Shown: positions 27,527-37,621 of the stretch, piece by piece | Layout: each line of letters begins with the position of its first letter | Position numbering within the stretch: the stretch's first letter is position 1 | Source: Candidatus Methanophagales archaeon | GTDB lineage: Archaea; Halobacteriota; Syntropharchaeia; Alkanophagales; Methanospirareceae | Assembly (NCBI GenBank): GCA_017883965.1 | Contig: JAFNKG010000006.1 | Location: forward strand, 1 to 63,679 | DNA: 63,679 bases | Direction of reading: 5' to 3' | Program-made: the position numbers and the translations under genes | Notes under the pieces: generated by a model | Told to the model about the DNA's origin: nothing | What the model saw: only the letters and a program-made list of their open reading frames with translations | Database searches by the model: none

Positions 27527-30361
27527 ATGGCAAAAAAGGCACTGGAGACATTAAAAGAACCATTGTTGGAAATTTTTGGAGAGCGTGCTTGTTTTAATGA
27601 AATCGAGCTAAGCCTTTATTCAAGGGACATCAATGTTCTGCCGGATTTCGTGATGGAAAAAATCAATAGTAAACCAGACGCAGTTGTGCAACCGGAGAGC
27701 GTTGAAGAATTGGAAAGGTTGTTGAGGTTTTGTTATGAAAACGAGATTCCAGTGGTTCCAAGAGGAGCCGCTACTTCTGGTTACGGCGGTGCAGTTCCTT
27801 CGAGAGGCGGAGTTGTAGTTGACTTTTGCAGGCTGAACCGGGTTATTGAAATAAATGAGCAAGAGAAGACGGTTGAGGTAGAGCCAGGGGTTGTTTGGAA
27901 TTCGCTTGACCGTATTCTCAATTCACGCGGTCTTGCTTTAAGGCTTTATCCAAACAGCGGTATTAGCGCTACCGTTGGGGGCTGGGTTGCCAATGGCGGT
28001 GGTGTAGGAATAGGGAGTTACGAGTTCGGAACGTTCCGCGAAGACCTTATCGAGTGCGAAATAGTGACGCCAAAGGGTGTCGAGAAACTCTCAGGCGCTG
28101 ACTTAGATTTGGTCTTCGGTCTCGCTGGCACTACCGGGTTAGTGAGCAAAATAAAGTTCAAAGTCATGGAGCAGGACAAGCTTCTATCGGTATTGGCTGC
28201 TTTCGACGACTTCGATGACCTTGTGAGTTGCATTAAGGGTTTGAAGACCGTGAGTTCTGATAAATTTAAGCTCTGGCACGTATCGTTCAAGAATGCCGCG
28301 AATGTGAAATTATCTGCGGAGGCGGTAGAGAAGCAAGCAAAACGAAATCCTACGCATCACGAGACGACGAGGTTGAAGCTGCCAGAGAAAAATATCGCTT
28401 TTTTCGTCGCTCACTCGGAAGATGGTGCTGAGGTGAAAGTGATAGAAGAAATTATAGGTATGCTCAGTGGAGTGGTAAAAGAAAACAATGGAGAAGTTTT
28501 AGATGGGGAGCTTGCACGTGCCGAATGGGAAGACCGATTCATGTTGATGAAACTAAAAGCATTAGGACCTTCTTTGATCAGCTCCGAAGTAAAGATAAGC
28601 ACAGAAAATCTGAGCACACTCGTGGAGAGCACAAAAAAGAGGGTGGGTGAGTTCGCTCTTGAAGGGACGGTTGCGAATACCGGTGATTTTGCGGTTGTCA
28701 TGGGTTATATTCTGGATGACGAGCGAAGGAAGGGCTACAAGTTCGCACTCGCAAAGAGTTTGGTTATGCTTGGAGAGGGAAAGAAATTAGGTGGCTATCC
28801 GTACACCGTTGGGATGTATTTAACAGATGATGCGGAACTTTGTCTTGGAGAAAACCTCAAGAAAGCATACGAGTTCAAGAAGAGCGTTGATGATAAGGCG
28901 ATTTTGAATCCCGGCAAAGTATTCCCGATAAAACTCGAATCCAAGTTGGTGAAAGATACAAAACAAAAGGAAGTGCCAACAAAGAGTTTGATCCGGATGA
29001 TGCGAACAGTGCGAAAGGCAGGGATAGTGCCTTCGCTTCTTGAAAAGATAGCGGTTGGAGAAATGAAGATGGAGCGAGCGAGTGCGCTAACGAGTTATCC
29101 TTTCGGCGATGATGCTCTGTTAGACGCCTTCATTTGTTTGAGATGTGGCTATTGCCGGACTGAATGTCCTGTTTACAAGAAGACCCTTTGGGAGGGTACT
29201 TCTCCAAGAGGGATGTTTTATTTCATCAAGGAATTCGCGAAGGGTAATCTGGAAGCAGATGAGCGTATGGTGGACAATTTTTTTGTTTGCACTACCTGCG
29301 AGAGGTGTAACCTTGTTTGCCCGGCGGAGATTCCGATTCTTCAGCGGTGGGACCTTACGATGCGTCCTGCTTTGTTTAAGGGACAGGATTGGTATAATTT
29401 ACCGCTTGCGTTTAAGGCTTCTACTGCGAACGTTTTGGAGCACAAAAACGCCGCGGCTAATCCGCACGAGAACAGGACAAAATGGTTACCGGAAGGTGCG
29501 GAATATGCGGATGAAGGAGAGATTTGCTACTGGGCTGGTTGCATACCTTCTTATACTATGAAGAACATGCCTGAGAACGCAATTAGAATCTTGAACCGTG
29601 CAGGTATAGTGCCTGTTTACCTTGGTACTGACGAGTGGTGCTGTGGCGCTCCAGTCGTTCTTGCGGGGCAATACTCTGATATTTCGGATGTGATAAGACA
29701 CAATATCGAGGAATTCAATAAAAGAGGGATCAAGAAACTAATCACGTCATGTCCAGGCTGCTGGGCTACGTTAAGTCTCTATTATCCGGTGTTTGCGAAA
29801 ATACTCAATTTAGAATATAACGTCGAGGTTTTACATATCTCGCAGGTATTCGCTGATTTGATCAAAGACGGTAAAATAAAAATGGAAGAAGAGGTCAAAC
29901 TGAAAGTGACTTATCAAGACCCTTGCCACATAGGTAGAGCGGGCGGAATTTATGAAGCACCGAGAAACGTGCTAAAAGCAATTCCCGGGGTTGAGCTGGT
30001 AGAGATGGAGAAGGTAAAAGAGGAGTCGAATTGCTGCAGCAGGCACGTGATGAGATACCCGGCATTTGGGTCAAAGATTGCAGTCTCAAGGGTCGAAGAA
30101 GCCGCTTCTACGGGCGCTAACGCAATCGTGACTGCATGTGGGACCTGTATGTTCAACGTTAACGTAGGTGTCCGGGATGCGGGTGTTGAAATGGACGTTT
30201 ACGACATCAGTGATTTGATTGCGCTGAGTATGGGTCTCGAGATAAAAGGTCCAGAGGCAGTCGCAAAGGTGATCCTCAATGCCCGCGATACTAAACAAGT
30301 TCCAACTCTGGAAAAGGAAGCAGAGAGAGGGAAGAGGCTTCTGGTGCCTCAAAGTTTGTGA
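27527..30361 (+). CDS. FAD-binding oxidoreductase (GlcD-like) fused to 2x[4Fe-4S] and CCG (GlcF/HdrD-like) domains
   Basis: PRGAAT..GG, LNPGK, CLRCGYC, CERCNLVCP, WCCG, QDPCH. Confidence 0.9.
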   Translation: MAKKALETLKEPLLEIFGERACFNEIELSLYSRDINVLPDFVMEKINSKPDAVVQPESVEELERLLRFCYENEIPVVPRGAATSGYGGAVPSRGGVVVDFCRLNRVIEINEQEKTVEVEPGVVWNSLDRILNSRGLALRLYPNSGISATVGGWVANGGGVGIGSYEFGTFREDLIECEIVTPKGVEKLSGADLDLVFGLAGTTGLVSKIKFKVMEQDKLLSVLAAFDDFDDLVSCIKGLKTVSSDKFKLWHVSFKNAANVKLSAEAVEKQAKRNPTHHETTRLKLPEKNIAFFVAHSEDGAEVKVIEEIIGMLSGVVKENNGEVLDGELARAEWEDRFMLMKLKALGPSLISSEVKISTENLSTLVESTKKRVGEFALEGTVANTGDFAVVMGYILDDERRKGYKFALAKSLVMLGEGKKLGGYPYTVGMYLTDDAELCLGENLKKAYEFKKSVDDKAILNPGKVFPIKLESKLVKDTKQKEVPTKSLIRMMRTVRKAGIVPSLLEKIAVGEMKMERASALTSYPFGDDALLDAFICLRCGYCRTECPVYKKTLWEGTSPRGMFYFIKEFAKGNLEADERMVDNFFVCTTCERCNLVCPAEIPILQRWDLTMRPALFKGQDWYNLPLAFKASTANVLEHKNAAANPHENRTKWLPEGAEYADEGEICYWAGCIPSYTMKNMPENAIRILNRAGIVPVYLGTDEWCCGAPVVLAGQYSDISDVIRHNIEEFNKRGIKKLITSCPGCWATLSLYYPVFAKILNLEYNVEVLHISQVFADLIKDGKIKMEEEVKLKVTYQDPCHIGRAGGIYEAPRNVLKAIPGVELVEMEKVKEESNCCSRHVMRYPAFGSKIAVSRVEEAASTGANAIVTACGTCMFNVNVGVRDAGVEMDVYDISDLIALSMGLEIKGPEAVAKVILNARDTKQVPTLEKEAERGKRLLVPQSL

Positions 30362-30369
30362 GCATGCAT

Positions 30370-31053
30370 CTACAAAATATCTTCAATCAGCCGTTTCGCC
30401 CACTTCAACTTCTTCCTTTTTCTCTCACTTACGTGCTTATCCTCGAAATCAAACCCTATGAGTTCTATTTCCTTCGCACCAAATTCCTTCGCCAGAAATA
30501 CACACCTGTCACCGTCGGTGAACCCTCCGAAGTTGTGCACTGTGGGTATCTGCCCCACGACCCCGCTTAGTGGTTTGCTCTGCGTTGTGCATATCACAGC
30601 TTCATTTAACCCGGGCAACACCTTCTTCAGCATCTCTATGTTGTCACTGTGTGCATGCACCACGATTATCGAACCAAGCCTGTTTGCATGGATTATATCA
30701 GCGATGTCCCCGTCAAGGTCAGTAACCACGAGGTCGGGTATTATGGCATTACGCAGAAGAGCAGAAGTAGCACCATCCGCAGTTATCACAACGCATTCAC
30801 GAGAAAAGGGAAAAGCATCGAACTCCTTTTTCTTCTCTCTTATATCACGCTCCAAACAGGGTGCATTGCCACAAATTATTACTCGTTTCCCTTTTATTAG
30901 CTTTTCTACTTCTTCTTTTACGTTTTTCTCTCTACTTCTTCTATGAGTTATTATCTCAGATGCCACCCTCGCCGCTTCATCGTCTTTTTTTCTATCGAAT
31001 CCAAAATCTTTCAATATTTCCTCGTATATCGGCTCCCAATCGCTGTACTTCAT
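30370..31053 (-). CDS. mptE: 6-hydroxymethyl-7,8-dihydropterin pyrophosphokinase
   Basis: TADGA, VTDLDG, HAH.DN, NFGGFTDGDR, KKLKWA. Confidence 0.9.
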   Translation of the reverse strand: MKYSDWEPIYEEILKDFGFDRKKDDEAARVASEIITHRRSREKNVKEEVEKLIKGKRVIICGNAPCLERDIREKKKEFDAFPFSRECVVITADGATSALLRNAIIPDLVVTDLDGDIADIIHANRLGSIIVVHAHSDNIEMLKKVLPGLNEAVICTTQSKPLSGVVGQIPTVHNFGGFTDGDRCVFLAKEFGAKEIELIGFDFEDKHVSERKRKKLKWAKRLIEDIL

Positions 31054-31143
31054 ATCAAACTTTATTTAAAAAAGAAAGTTTAATCAATGAAAAAGAAAAA
31101 CTTTAAAAGAATAAATCCTGTTACTGAAATAATAATAGAATAA

Positions 31144-32640
31144 ATGAACGCAGAAAAAGGTAAAACAGAGCAAAAGACGAGAGGGAAAGACAGGGCGCTG
31201 CAAGTAATCCTTGGTTGTGGAAGAATTGGCTATGCAGTGGCAAAGGAGTTGAAAGGGCGAGGGATAGAAGTTGTCATCGTGGATATAGATGAGAAGAAGG
31301 TGGAATTGCTGAAGGAGGAGGATTTCATTGCTTTCGTCGGTGACATAAGCGACTCCAAGATAATCAATAAGATAATAAGCGAGGGTGAGCCAGAAGCGCT
31401 TTTTATCGTGAGTAACGGCAGCGAAGTGAACAAAAAAGCGGTGAAAAATGCAAAAGAGATGCTGCCACATGCTCATTTAGTAGTGCGAGCGATTGACCCC
31501 GCGGATAAAGAAGACCTAAAGGAGTTAGACGCGGACGTGGTTTTGTCCATTCCCGATATAACAGCAGGAACAGCGATAGAGTATTTAGAGAGAGTGAAGT
31601 CTCTGAAGAAAGCGAAAGAACTGACTTCGATGATTGAAGAGATAAGGAGGAGAAAGAAAGGTAAAGGGAAGTTAGGGATTATTGTTCACGACAGCCCGGA
31701 TTCAGATGCAATAGCTTCTGCTCTTGCATTAAAGCAAATAGCAAAGCACGTGGGTGTATCTGCGAATATACTGTACCGGGGGGTAATAGGGCATCATGTG
31801 AATCGAGCTTTTGTAAACATCTTAGGAATAGAGATGAGGAATATAGAGCGAGAGGATGAATTAAAGGAATATGATAAGCTGGCACTTATAGATGCCTCCG
31901 TTCCGGGTGCAAACAATCCATTGCCTTCGCCCCCGGAAGGTAATGTGAACATCGTCATAGACCATCATGCAGCGAATAATAAGGAAAAAGTATATGCTGA
32001 TTTTTTTGACGTTCAAACAGAAAATGGTGCGACTTCAACGATAATGACGAGGTATCTACGGGATTTGGATATACCGGTGGACAAAGTGTTGGCAACTGCT
32101 CTTTTGCACGGAATAAGGACAGATACAAGTGGCTTTAAGCGTGAGACACATCCATCGGATTTCTCCGCTGCCGCTTTCCTCCATTTAAAGGCGGATAAAG
32201 ACCTTTTAGAGCAATTAGAGACGCCACCTATGTCCACAGAAATGCTGAATGTAGTAGGTAATGCGATATTGCACAAGAAGATAAAGGGGAGTTATTTAAT
32301 CACGAATGTAGGGGCTGTGGCGAATCGGGATGCTATTCCGCAGGCTGCTGATTATTTGCTAAATCTGGAAGGAATCACAACTGTTATTGCGATAGGACTA
32401 TATGAGGATATGATATACGTTTCCGGTAGGAGTAAGGATCTAAGGGTGAATATAGGAGATGCGTTTGTCCGAGCATTTGGGGGGATAGGCTCCGCAGGTG
32501 GACACGCTACGATGGCTGCTGCGCAGATATCTCTTGGTATCTTCGGTGGGATAAAGGATAAAGATACGATTATACTACTCGTAGAGGATGCAGTATCAAA
32601 ACGTTTCCTATCGGTTATGAAAGAGGAACAGAGCGAATAA
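31144..32640 (+). CDS. TrkA-N/RCK + DHH/DHHA1 phosphoesterase
   Basis: GCGRIG, HDSPDSDA, IDHH, AGGH. Confidence 0.9.
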   Translation: MNAEKGKTEQKTRGKDRALQVILGCGRIGYAVAKELKGRGIEVVIVDIDEKKVELLKEEDFIAFVGDISDSKIINKIISEGEPEALFIVSNGSEVNKKAVKNAKEMLPHAHLVVRAIDPADKEDLKELDADVVLSIPDITAGTAIEYLERVKSLKKAKELTSMIEEIRRRKKGKGKLGIIVHDSPDSDAIASALALKQIAKHVGVSANILYRGVIGHHVNRAFVNILGIEMRNIEREDELKEYDKLALIDASVPGANNPLPSPPEGNVNIVIDHHAANNKEKVYADFFDVQTENGATSTIMTRYLRDLDIPVDKVLATALLHGIRTDTSGFKRETHPSDFSAAAFLHLKADKDLLEQLETPPMSTEMLNVVGNAILHKKIKGSYLITNVGAVANRDAIPQAADYLLNLEGITTVIAIGLYEDMIYVSGRSKDLRVNIGDAFVRAFGGIGSAGGHATMAAAQISLGIFGGIKDKDTIILLVEDAVSKRFLSVMKEEQSE

Positions 32641-32788
32641 AAACTTTTTTGCTTCGCAAAAAACTTTACTAAAAATGCTTACGCAGAAAACTTTTTAGAA
32701 AAAAGTTTTATCAAAAACATTTTTTGTCTATTTTGCTTTTTTAGGAAAGCACCTCCGCTAATCCCTGTCTACTTATAGAGGGAAGGCT

Positions 32789-33097
32789 TCAGATTTTCAC
32801 CATCTGAGCATGCGGCACGCCGTCCACGAAAATCACATTGGCTTCTTCGATAAAATCGTTGTCCAAGGCGCATTTTATTGCCCTTTTCCCTACCAAATTC
32901 GCTATTGTTGCGTGCTTTAAAGAACCTATCACTTCTCTTTCGGTTGCTTCTTCACCTTTATAAAAACCTTCCGTAATTTTTAGAAAAAGACCATCTCCTT
33001 CAAAACTTTTACCTACCAACTCCTTATCGCAGACTGCTACCATTATCTCAGAGCCGAGGTTATGCTTCTTTACGTATACCTTTTTTTGGTTGCTCAC
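32789..33097 (-). CDS. DUF424 family protein
   Basis: VAVCD.ELVGK...FYKG...NLVG...GVPHAQ. Confidence 0.88.
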   Translation of the reverse strand: MSNQKKVYVKKHNLGSEIMVAVCDKELVGKSFEGDGLFLKITEGFYKGEEATEREVIGSLKHATIANLVGKRAIKCALDNDFIEEANVIFVDGVPHAQMVKI

Positions 33098-33158
33098 AAT
33101 AAAAAATAAGTTATCATATAAGATTAAAAGTTAATAATGTCAAAGTTGGTATAGAAAA

Positions 33159-33233
33159 GGGCTCGTAGCTTAGCATGGTTGGAGCGCTCGGCTGATAACC
33201 GAGAGGTCCGGAGTTCAAATCTCCGCGGGCCCA
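33159..33233 (+). tRNA. tRNA-Ile (GAT)
   Basis: GGGCTCG/CGGGCCC acceptor stem, anticodon arm CTCGG-CTGATAA-CCGAG, GTTCAAAT T-loop. Confidence 0.96.
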
Positions 33234-33288
33234 TCATAAAACTTTCTTAAAAAGAAAGTTTTATCAAAGAAAAGGAAAAAGAAGGGAA

Positions 33289-33690
33289 ATGGGGATAGAG
33301 ACAAGGGTCATTTTAATTTCGCCGGATTCTGATATAACGCCGGAGCAGGCGAAGAGTAAGATTTTGTCTATGATTAGCGAAGATGTGCGCATGGCAGTGG
33401 CGGGCTTAGACATCAGGGTAAAAGAAACATGTTTTGGTATATTGGTGGAAGGAGAAGAAAAGAAAGTAAGAAAAATAGTGGAAGAGGTAAGGAAAATGGA
33501 TAAAAATGGTATTTTTTCAAAAATCCGGGGGTTTCCAATCGGCGACCCACGGATATGTAGAGCGACGAGAAAGGGCGGACCCAGACCTGGTTTTCACCAG
33601 TTAGAACTTGAACATAGGCTGCTTCCCATGGTGAGGGTAGCATTGAACAAAATAGAAGAGGAGAGGAAAATCGGTGGTCAAATTGAGTGA
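33289..33690 (+). CDS. Methanogenesis marker protein 6
   Basis: VKETCFG...IFSKIRGFPIGDPRICRA..GGPRPGFHQLE. Confidence 0.88.
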   Translation: MGIETRVILISPDSDITPEQAKSKILSMISEDVRMAVAGLDIRVKETCFGILVEGEEKKVRKIVEEVRKMDKNGIFSKIRGFPIGDPRICRATRKGGPRPGFHQLELEHRLLPMVRVALNKIEEERKIGGQIE

Positions 33691-33976
33691 GGAGGAAGTT
33701 GACGAAGAGGAAAGTGTATTTCATAAAAAGCTAAAGATAAAATTAAAAGAGAAGGGTAAAGAGGGCAGGTTAATTTTACTTACGGATTATCTGGATTATC
33801 TTATAAGGGGTAATAAAACCATTCCTCCGGATTTTCCTACTTTTGTAAGAGAGATTATGGGCTTAGACGCGAGGGGAGGGGGGTTTATCCATATAAGGAT
33901 ATGGCACGAGAACAGTGAGCTTGTAGATTTTGCAAAGGCAAGGAGTTACGAGTATAAAATAGATAGTTATGATTGA
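33674..33976 (+). CDS. Hypothetical protein
   Basis: 100-aa ORF overlapping both neighbours. Confidence 0.6.
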   Translation: MVKLSEEEVDEEESVFHKKLKIKLKEKGKEGRLILLTDYLDYLIRGNKTIPPDFPTFVREIMGLDARGGGFIHIRIWHENSELVDFAKARSYEYKIDSYD

Positions 33977-35180
33977 TGAAGGATTCATGGTGGGAGAGGC
34001 TCTTGTAGGAGAAGAGCCGGAAATAGCGCATATTGACCTGATTATAGGCAGTAAGAGAGAGGCGGTAGGTACTGCATTTGCCTGTTCTATTGCCCAGCCA
34101 AGGCAAGGGCACACACCCATTCTTGGCGTTATTAGACCAAATCTTCCCGTCAAGCCAATGACACTTATAGTGCCTAAGGTAAGCATAAGAAACCTCGCAG
34201 ATGCCGAAAAGATGTTCGGGGCAGCACAAAGTGCGGTTGCAAAGGCGGTTGCTGACGCTGTGGAGGAGGGCATAATATCGAAAGCAGAAGTAGAAGAACT
34301 CGTAGTTATAGTTTCTGTGTTCATCCATCCCAGAGGCAAAGATTATCAGCGGATATACCGGTACAACTATGCCGCAACGAAGCTTGCCCTATCACGAGCG
34401 ATTCAGAAATTCCCAAATATAGATAAAGTTTTAGAAGAGAAAGATAAATCTATACATGCTATGATAGGATTCAGAATAAATAACCTAAAAAAGCCGCCAT
34501 ATCTGGAGGTTGCACTGGACATTCCAGACTGGAGAAGGGTAGAGGGCGTTATTAGAGCCTTACCCAGAAGTGATGCAATAATAATAGAGGCAGGCACGCC
34601 GCTTATCAAGCGGTATGGCGTTGAAGTTGTGCAGAAGATACACCAGCTGAGACCTGAGACGGTTGTTCTTGCCGATCTTAAGACTCTGGATACTGGAAAC
34701 TTAGAAGCGAGGATGGCAGGAGATGCTACTGCCGATGTCGTGGGTTTTTCGGGATTAGCGCCACTGAAAACAATGGAGAAGTTTATAGAAGAGTGCACGA
34801 AAGTCGGAGCTCTCTCTCTGATGGACACGCTGAATGTGCCAGACCCTGTCGGAGTGCTTAAGCAGCTAAAGGCGAAGCCAGACATCGTAGAGTTGCATAG
34901 AGCAATAGACTTGGAACAGGTCCAGACGCATGGAGAGCAAGAGAGTGAATGGGGAAATATTGGTGAGATAAAAAGAGTGTGTGGAAACGGAGCACTCGTT
35001 GCCGTAGCTGGCGGAATAAGAGTAAACAAGGTAGAAAAAGCGCTGAACGCAGGAGCGGATATTCTTGTGGTTGGTCGAGCAATTACTGCTGCCAAGGATG
35101 TGGCTGGAGCGGCAAGGGGATTCCTTCAGAAGATGGGTGTAGAAGAGGTAGATCAGTTCCGCATTATGACGGATTTTTAG
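33969..35180 (+). CDS. fae-hps: Bifunctional formaldehyde-activating enzyme / 3-hexulose-6-phosphate synthase
   Basis: AHIDLIIG (Fae) plus [22 protein letters not shown] (HPS). Confidence 0.95.
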   Translation: MIDEGFMVGEALVGEEPEIAHIDLIIGSKREAVGTAFACSIAQPRQGHTPILGVIRPNLPVKPMTLIVPKVSIRNLADAEKMFGAAQSAVAKAVADAVEEGIISKAEVEELVVIVSVFIHPRGKDYQRIYRYNYAATKLALSRAIQKFPNIDKVLEEKDKSIHAMIGFRINNLKKPPYLEVALDIPDWRRVEGVIRALPRSDAIIIEAGTPLIKRYGVEVVQKIHQLRPETVVLADLKTLDTGNLEARMAGDATADVVGFSGLAPLKTMEKFIEECTKVGALSLMDTLNVPDPVGVLKQLKAKPDIVELHRAIDLEQVQTHGEQESEWGNIGEIKRVCGNGALVAVAGGIRVNKVEKALNAGADILVVGRAITAAKDVAGAARGFLQKMGVEEVDQFRIMTDF

Positions 35181-35290
35181 TTCAAAAGAATGCAGAGCAG
35201 ACCGAAGCCCAAACCATGCCACACTGCGATAACTAGTAAAGAAGGTGATTGAGAAGAAGGATAAAGCGAATAGATCAGCCGATTCATCAT

Positions 35291-36064
35291 TTATTGCGCC
35301 ATAATCCTATTACACACCTCAAGATAAACCTCCGAGAGATTCCCCTTTCCTTCCCTGAACACGTCTTTATCCAAACTAAGTATCTCGCCTCTTTGTTCGT
35401 GTGCGTCCTTATCCCAGAACCGGCAGACATCAGGCGTGCCAACCTCGTCTGCAAGAATTATAGCCCCGTCCTCTTTGCTCCGACCATACTCCAGCTTGAA
35501 ATCCGCCAATATTATCCCCCTCGGGATTAAATAAGACTTCATTATATCTCCTATCCTTCTCGTCTCCTTTTTTATATGCTCTATTTCACTTCTGTCCATC
35601 CAACCTTTCTCTATTATCTCTTCTTCCGTTATCGGTCTGTCAACACGCTCAAATTTGGTGGTGAACTCCAGGAAGCTTTTAGTTAGCGGCATCCCTTCCT
35701 TCTTTTCTTCTTGCACGAGGAAATCGCTGCCTATATCTATCTCACCTTTTTTATATCTTTTCCATAGAGACCCGTACAGAAAATTTCGAGCTATCACTTC
35801 CACCGGCAAAATACTCACTTCTTCCGCCACCAGCATGTTTGGTGCTATACATTCCTTGAAGTGTGTTTTTATTCCTTCTGCTTGTAGCTTCTCAAACCAA
35901 AAACAAGATAATTTACAGCATGTTTCTCCCTTTCCTTTGTAATCCGCTTTTTTTATACCGTCAAACGCAGTAACGCGGTCGGTAAACACGAAGATAATAT
36001 CACCGTCGGGTCTTCGATAAATGTCCTTCGCTTTTCCACTCCTTATGAACTCTGCCTCGTTCAT
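35291..36064 (-). CDS. purC: SAICAR synthetase
   Basis: SGKAKDIY, DRVTAFD, DFKLEYG, LADE..PD.CRFWD, LDKD. Confidence 0.95.
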   Translation of the reverse strand: MNEAEFIRSGKAKDIYRRPDGDIIFVFTDRVTAFDGIKKADYKGKGETCCKLSCFWFEKLQAEGIKTHFKECIAPNMLVAEEVSILPVEVIARNFLYGSLWKRYKKGEIDIGSDFLVQEEKKEGMPLTKSFLEFTTKFERVDRPITEEEIIEKGWMDRSEIEHIKKETRRIGDIMKSYLIPRGIILADFKLEYGRSKEDGAIILADEVGTPDVCRFWDKDAHEQRGEILSLDKDVFREGKGNLSEVYLEVCNRIMAQ

Positions 36065-36193
36065 ACGATTTTCAGATATAAAAAGCACCACTTATTTTTA
36101 AATATAAACCCTTTTCTTTTAGAAAAAGAAAAGCGTTTTCGGAAAAGAAAACCATCCAAAAAGTTTCTGTTCCAAAAAGGGTTTTAAACAAAA

Positions 36194-36778
36194 ATGAGAA
36201 CGGCGAGCATAAAAAGGAAGACAGAAGAAACGAATATCGGAGTGGAGTTGAATCTTGACGGTGTTGGAACGCAAGATATAAGCACGAGGATAAAATTCTT
36301 TGACCACATGCTGGCTACTTTTTCACGACATGGATTTTTTGATATGGTTGTGAAGGCAGAAGGCGACTTGAACCACCATGTCATAGAAGATACCGGTATC
36401 GTCTTAGGTGAGGCGTTTAAAAAAGCAATTGGCGGCGTTGAGTCTGAGGAAAGAGAAAAGACCGTGCGGTTTGGCTATGCAATTATACCGATGGACGAGT
36501 CCATTGCAAGATGCGCAGTGGACATAGGCGGAATAGGAGGAGAAGGCAGATGTTATACCGTGTTCGAGGTGGACTTCGGTAAAGAAAAAGTAGAGGATAT
36601 TAGCACCGAGAACATATCTCACTTCATAAATTCTTTTGCCACTCATGCAAACTTCACCATTCACGTGTATGCGAAGGGCGAGAACGAACACCACAAGATA
36701 GAGGCGATTTTTAAAGCACTGGGAATAGCGTTGGACAAAGCTACGAGAATCGAAGAGAGGAGGAAAGTGAAGGATTAA
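36194..36778 (+). CDS. hisB: Imidazoleglycerol-phosphate dehydratase
   Basis: FFDHML, HHVIED, PMDES, NEHHKIEAIFKA. Confidence 0.96.
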   Translation: MRTASIKRKTEETNIGVELNLDGVGTQDISTRIKFFDHMLATFSRHGFFDMVVKAEGDLNHHVIEDTGIVLGEAFKKAIGGVESEEREKTVRFGYAIIPMDESIARCAVDIGGIGGEGRCYTVFEVDFGKEKVEDISTENISHFINSFATHANFTIHVYAKGENEHHKIEAIFKALGIALDKATRIEERRKVKD

Positions 36779-36886
36779 AGGTAACCTCTCTGAGACAATT
36801 TTCAAGCACCGTGAAGAGGGGGGATGAGAACTTTTTAGGATTCAGGATAAAACTTATTTGGCAAATTGAGCACCTATCAAAAGAAA

Positions 36887-37150
36887 ATGATATACATTCA
36901 GGAGCTTCTGTGGAATGATTGGAACATTGACCATATTGCCAGGCATAATGTTTCACCACATGAAGTGGAAGAGGTTTGCTATTCTAACCCCTTTGTGACT
37001 AGGGCGAGAAATAAAACTTTAAGGGTTATTGGTCAAACTTATTCCGGACGTTTTCTCGCCATCTTCCTTGCTCCTCGAGGGAAGGGGAGTTATTTTTTGA
37101 TTACGGCGAGAGAGGCTACAGAAGCCGAACGGAGAAGATTTTATAAATAG
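36887..37150 (+). CDS. BrnT-like toxin
   Basis: WNDWNIDHIARHNVSPHEVEE...ITAR. Confidence 0.85.
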   Translation: MIYIQELLWNDWNIDHIARHNVSPHEVEEVCYSNPFVTRARNKTLRVIGQTYSGRFLAIFLAPRGKGSYFLITAREATEAERRRFYK

Positions 37151-37191
37151 AAGATATTGTTATATACAACAAGAGAAGATAGTAAGGTGAA

Positions 37192-37443
37192 ATGGGAAAG
37201 ATACCAAGGTTTAAGAGTGTTGAGGAAGAAGCGGAATTTTGGGATACTCACGATACTGAAGAGTTCACAGATGAATTTGAGCCCGTAGAGGTGAAGTTCG
37301 CTCGCCCTTTGAAGCATAAGTGGATGTTAACCATAGAGCTGGATGAAGAGACCTTTAACCAGGTGAAGAAATTGGCTGAAGGAGCAGGGAAGGAGCCTAA
37401 TGTTCTCATTCGTACGTGGGTTTTGGAGCATCTCAAGAAATAG
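37192..37443 (+). CDS. BrnA/CopG-like antitoxin
   Basis: IPRFKSVEEEAEFWDTHD. Confidence 0.85.
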   Translation: MGKIPRFKSVEEEAEFWDTHDTEEFTDEFEPVEVKFARPLKHKWMLTIELDEETFNQVKKLAEGAGKEPNVLIRTWVLEHLKK

Positions 37444-37455
37444 GATTTTGGAAAG

Positions 37456-37554
37456 ATGGGAGTAAAGACAATATCTGTTACTGACACCGCATATAACCTA
37501 TTGCTAAGCATGAAGTCGGAAGATGAGGATATTTCATTCAGAAGCTATCATTGA
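37456..37554 (+). pseudogene. VapB (DUF217-type) antitoxin fragment
   Basis: MGVKTISVTDTAYNLLLSMK...; frame lost afterwards. Confidence 0.55.
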
Positions 37555-37621
37555 TCAAACTTTATTTAAATGTTGAAAGTTCTCTTTTAGTCAAGGTTTT
37601 CTCTTTAGAGAAAAAGTTGAA

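Noticed and set aside
33159-33233. tRNA-Ile as the attachment site of an integrated element
   Set aside because: No duplicated tRNA 3' end or integrase was seen in the window.
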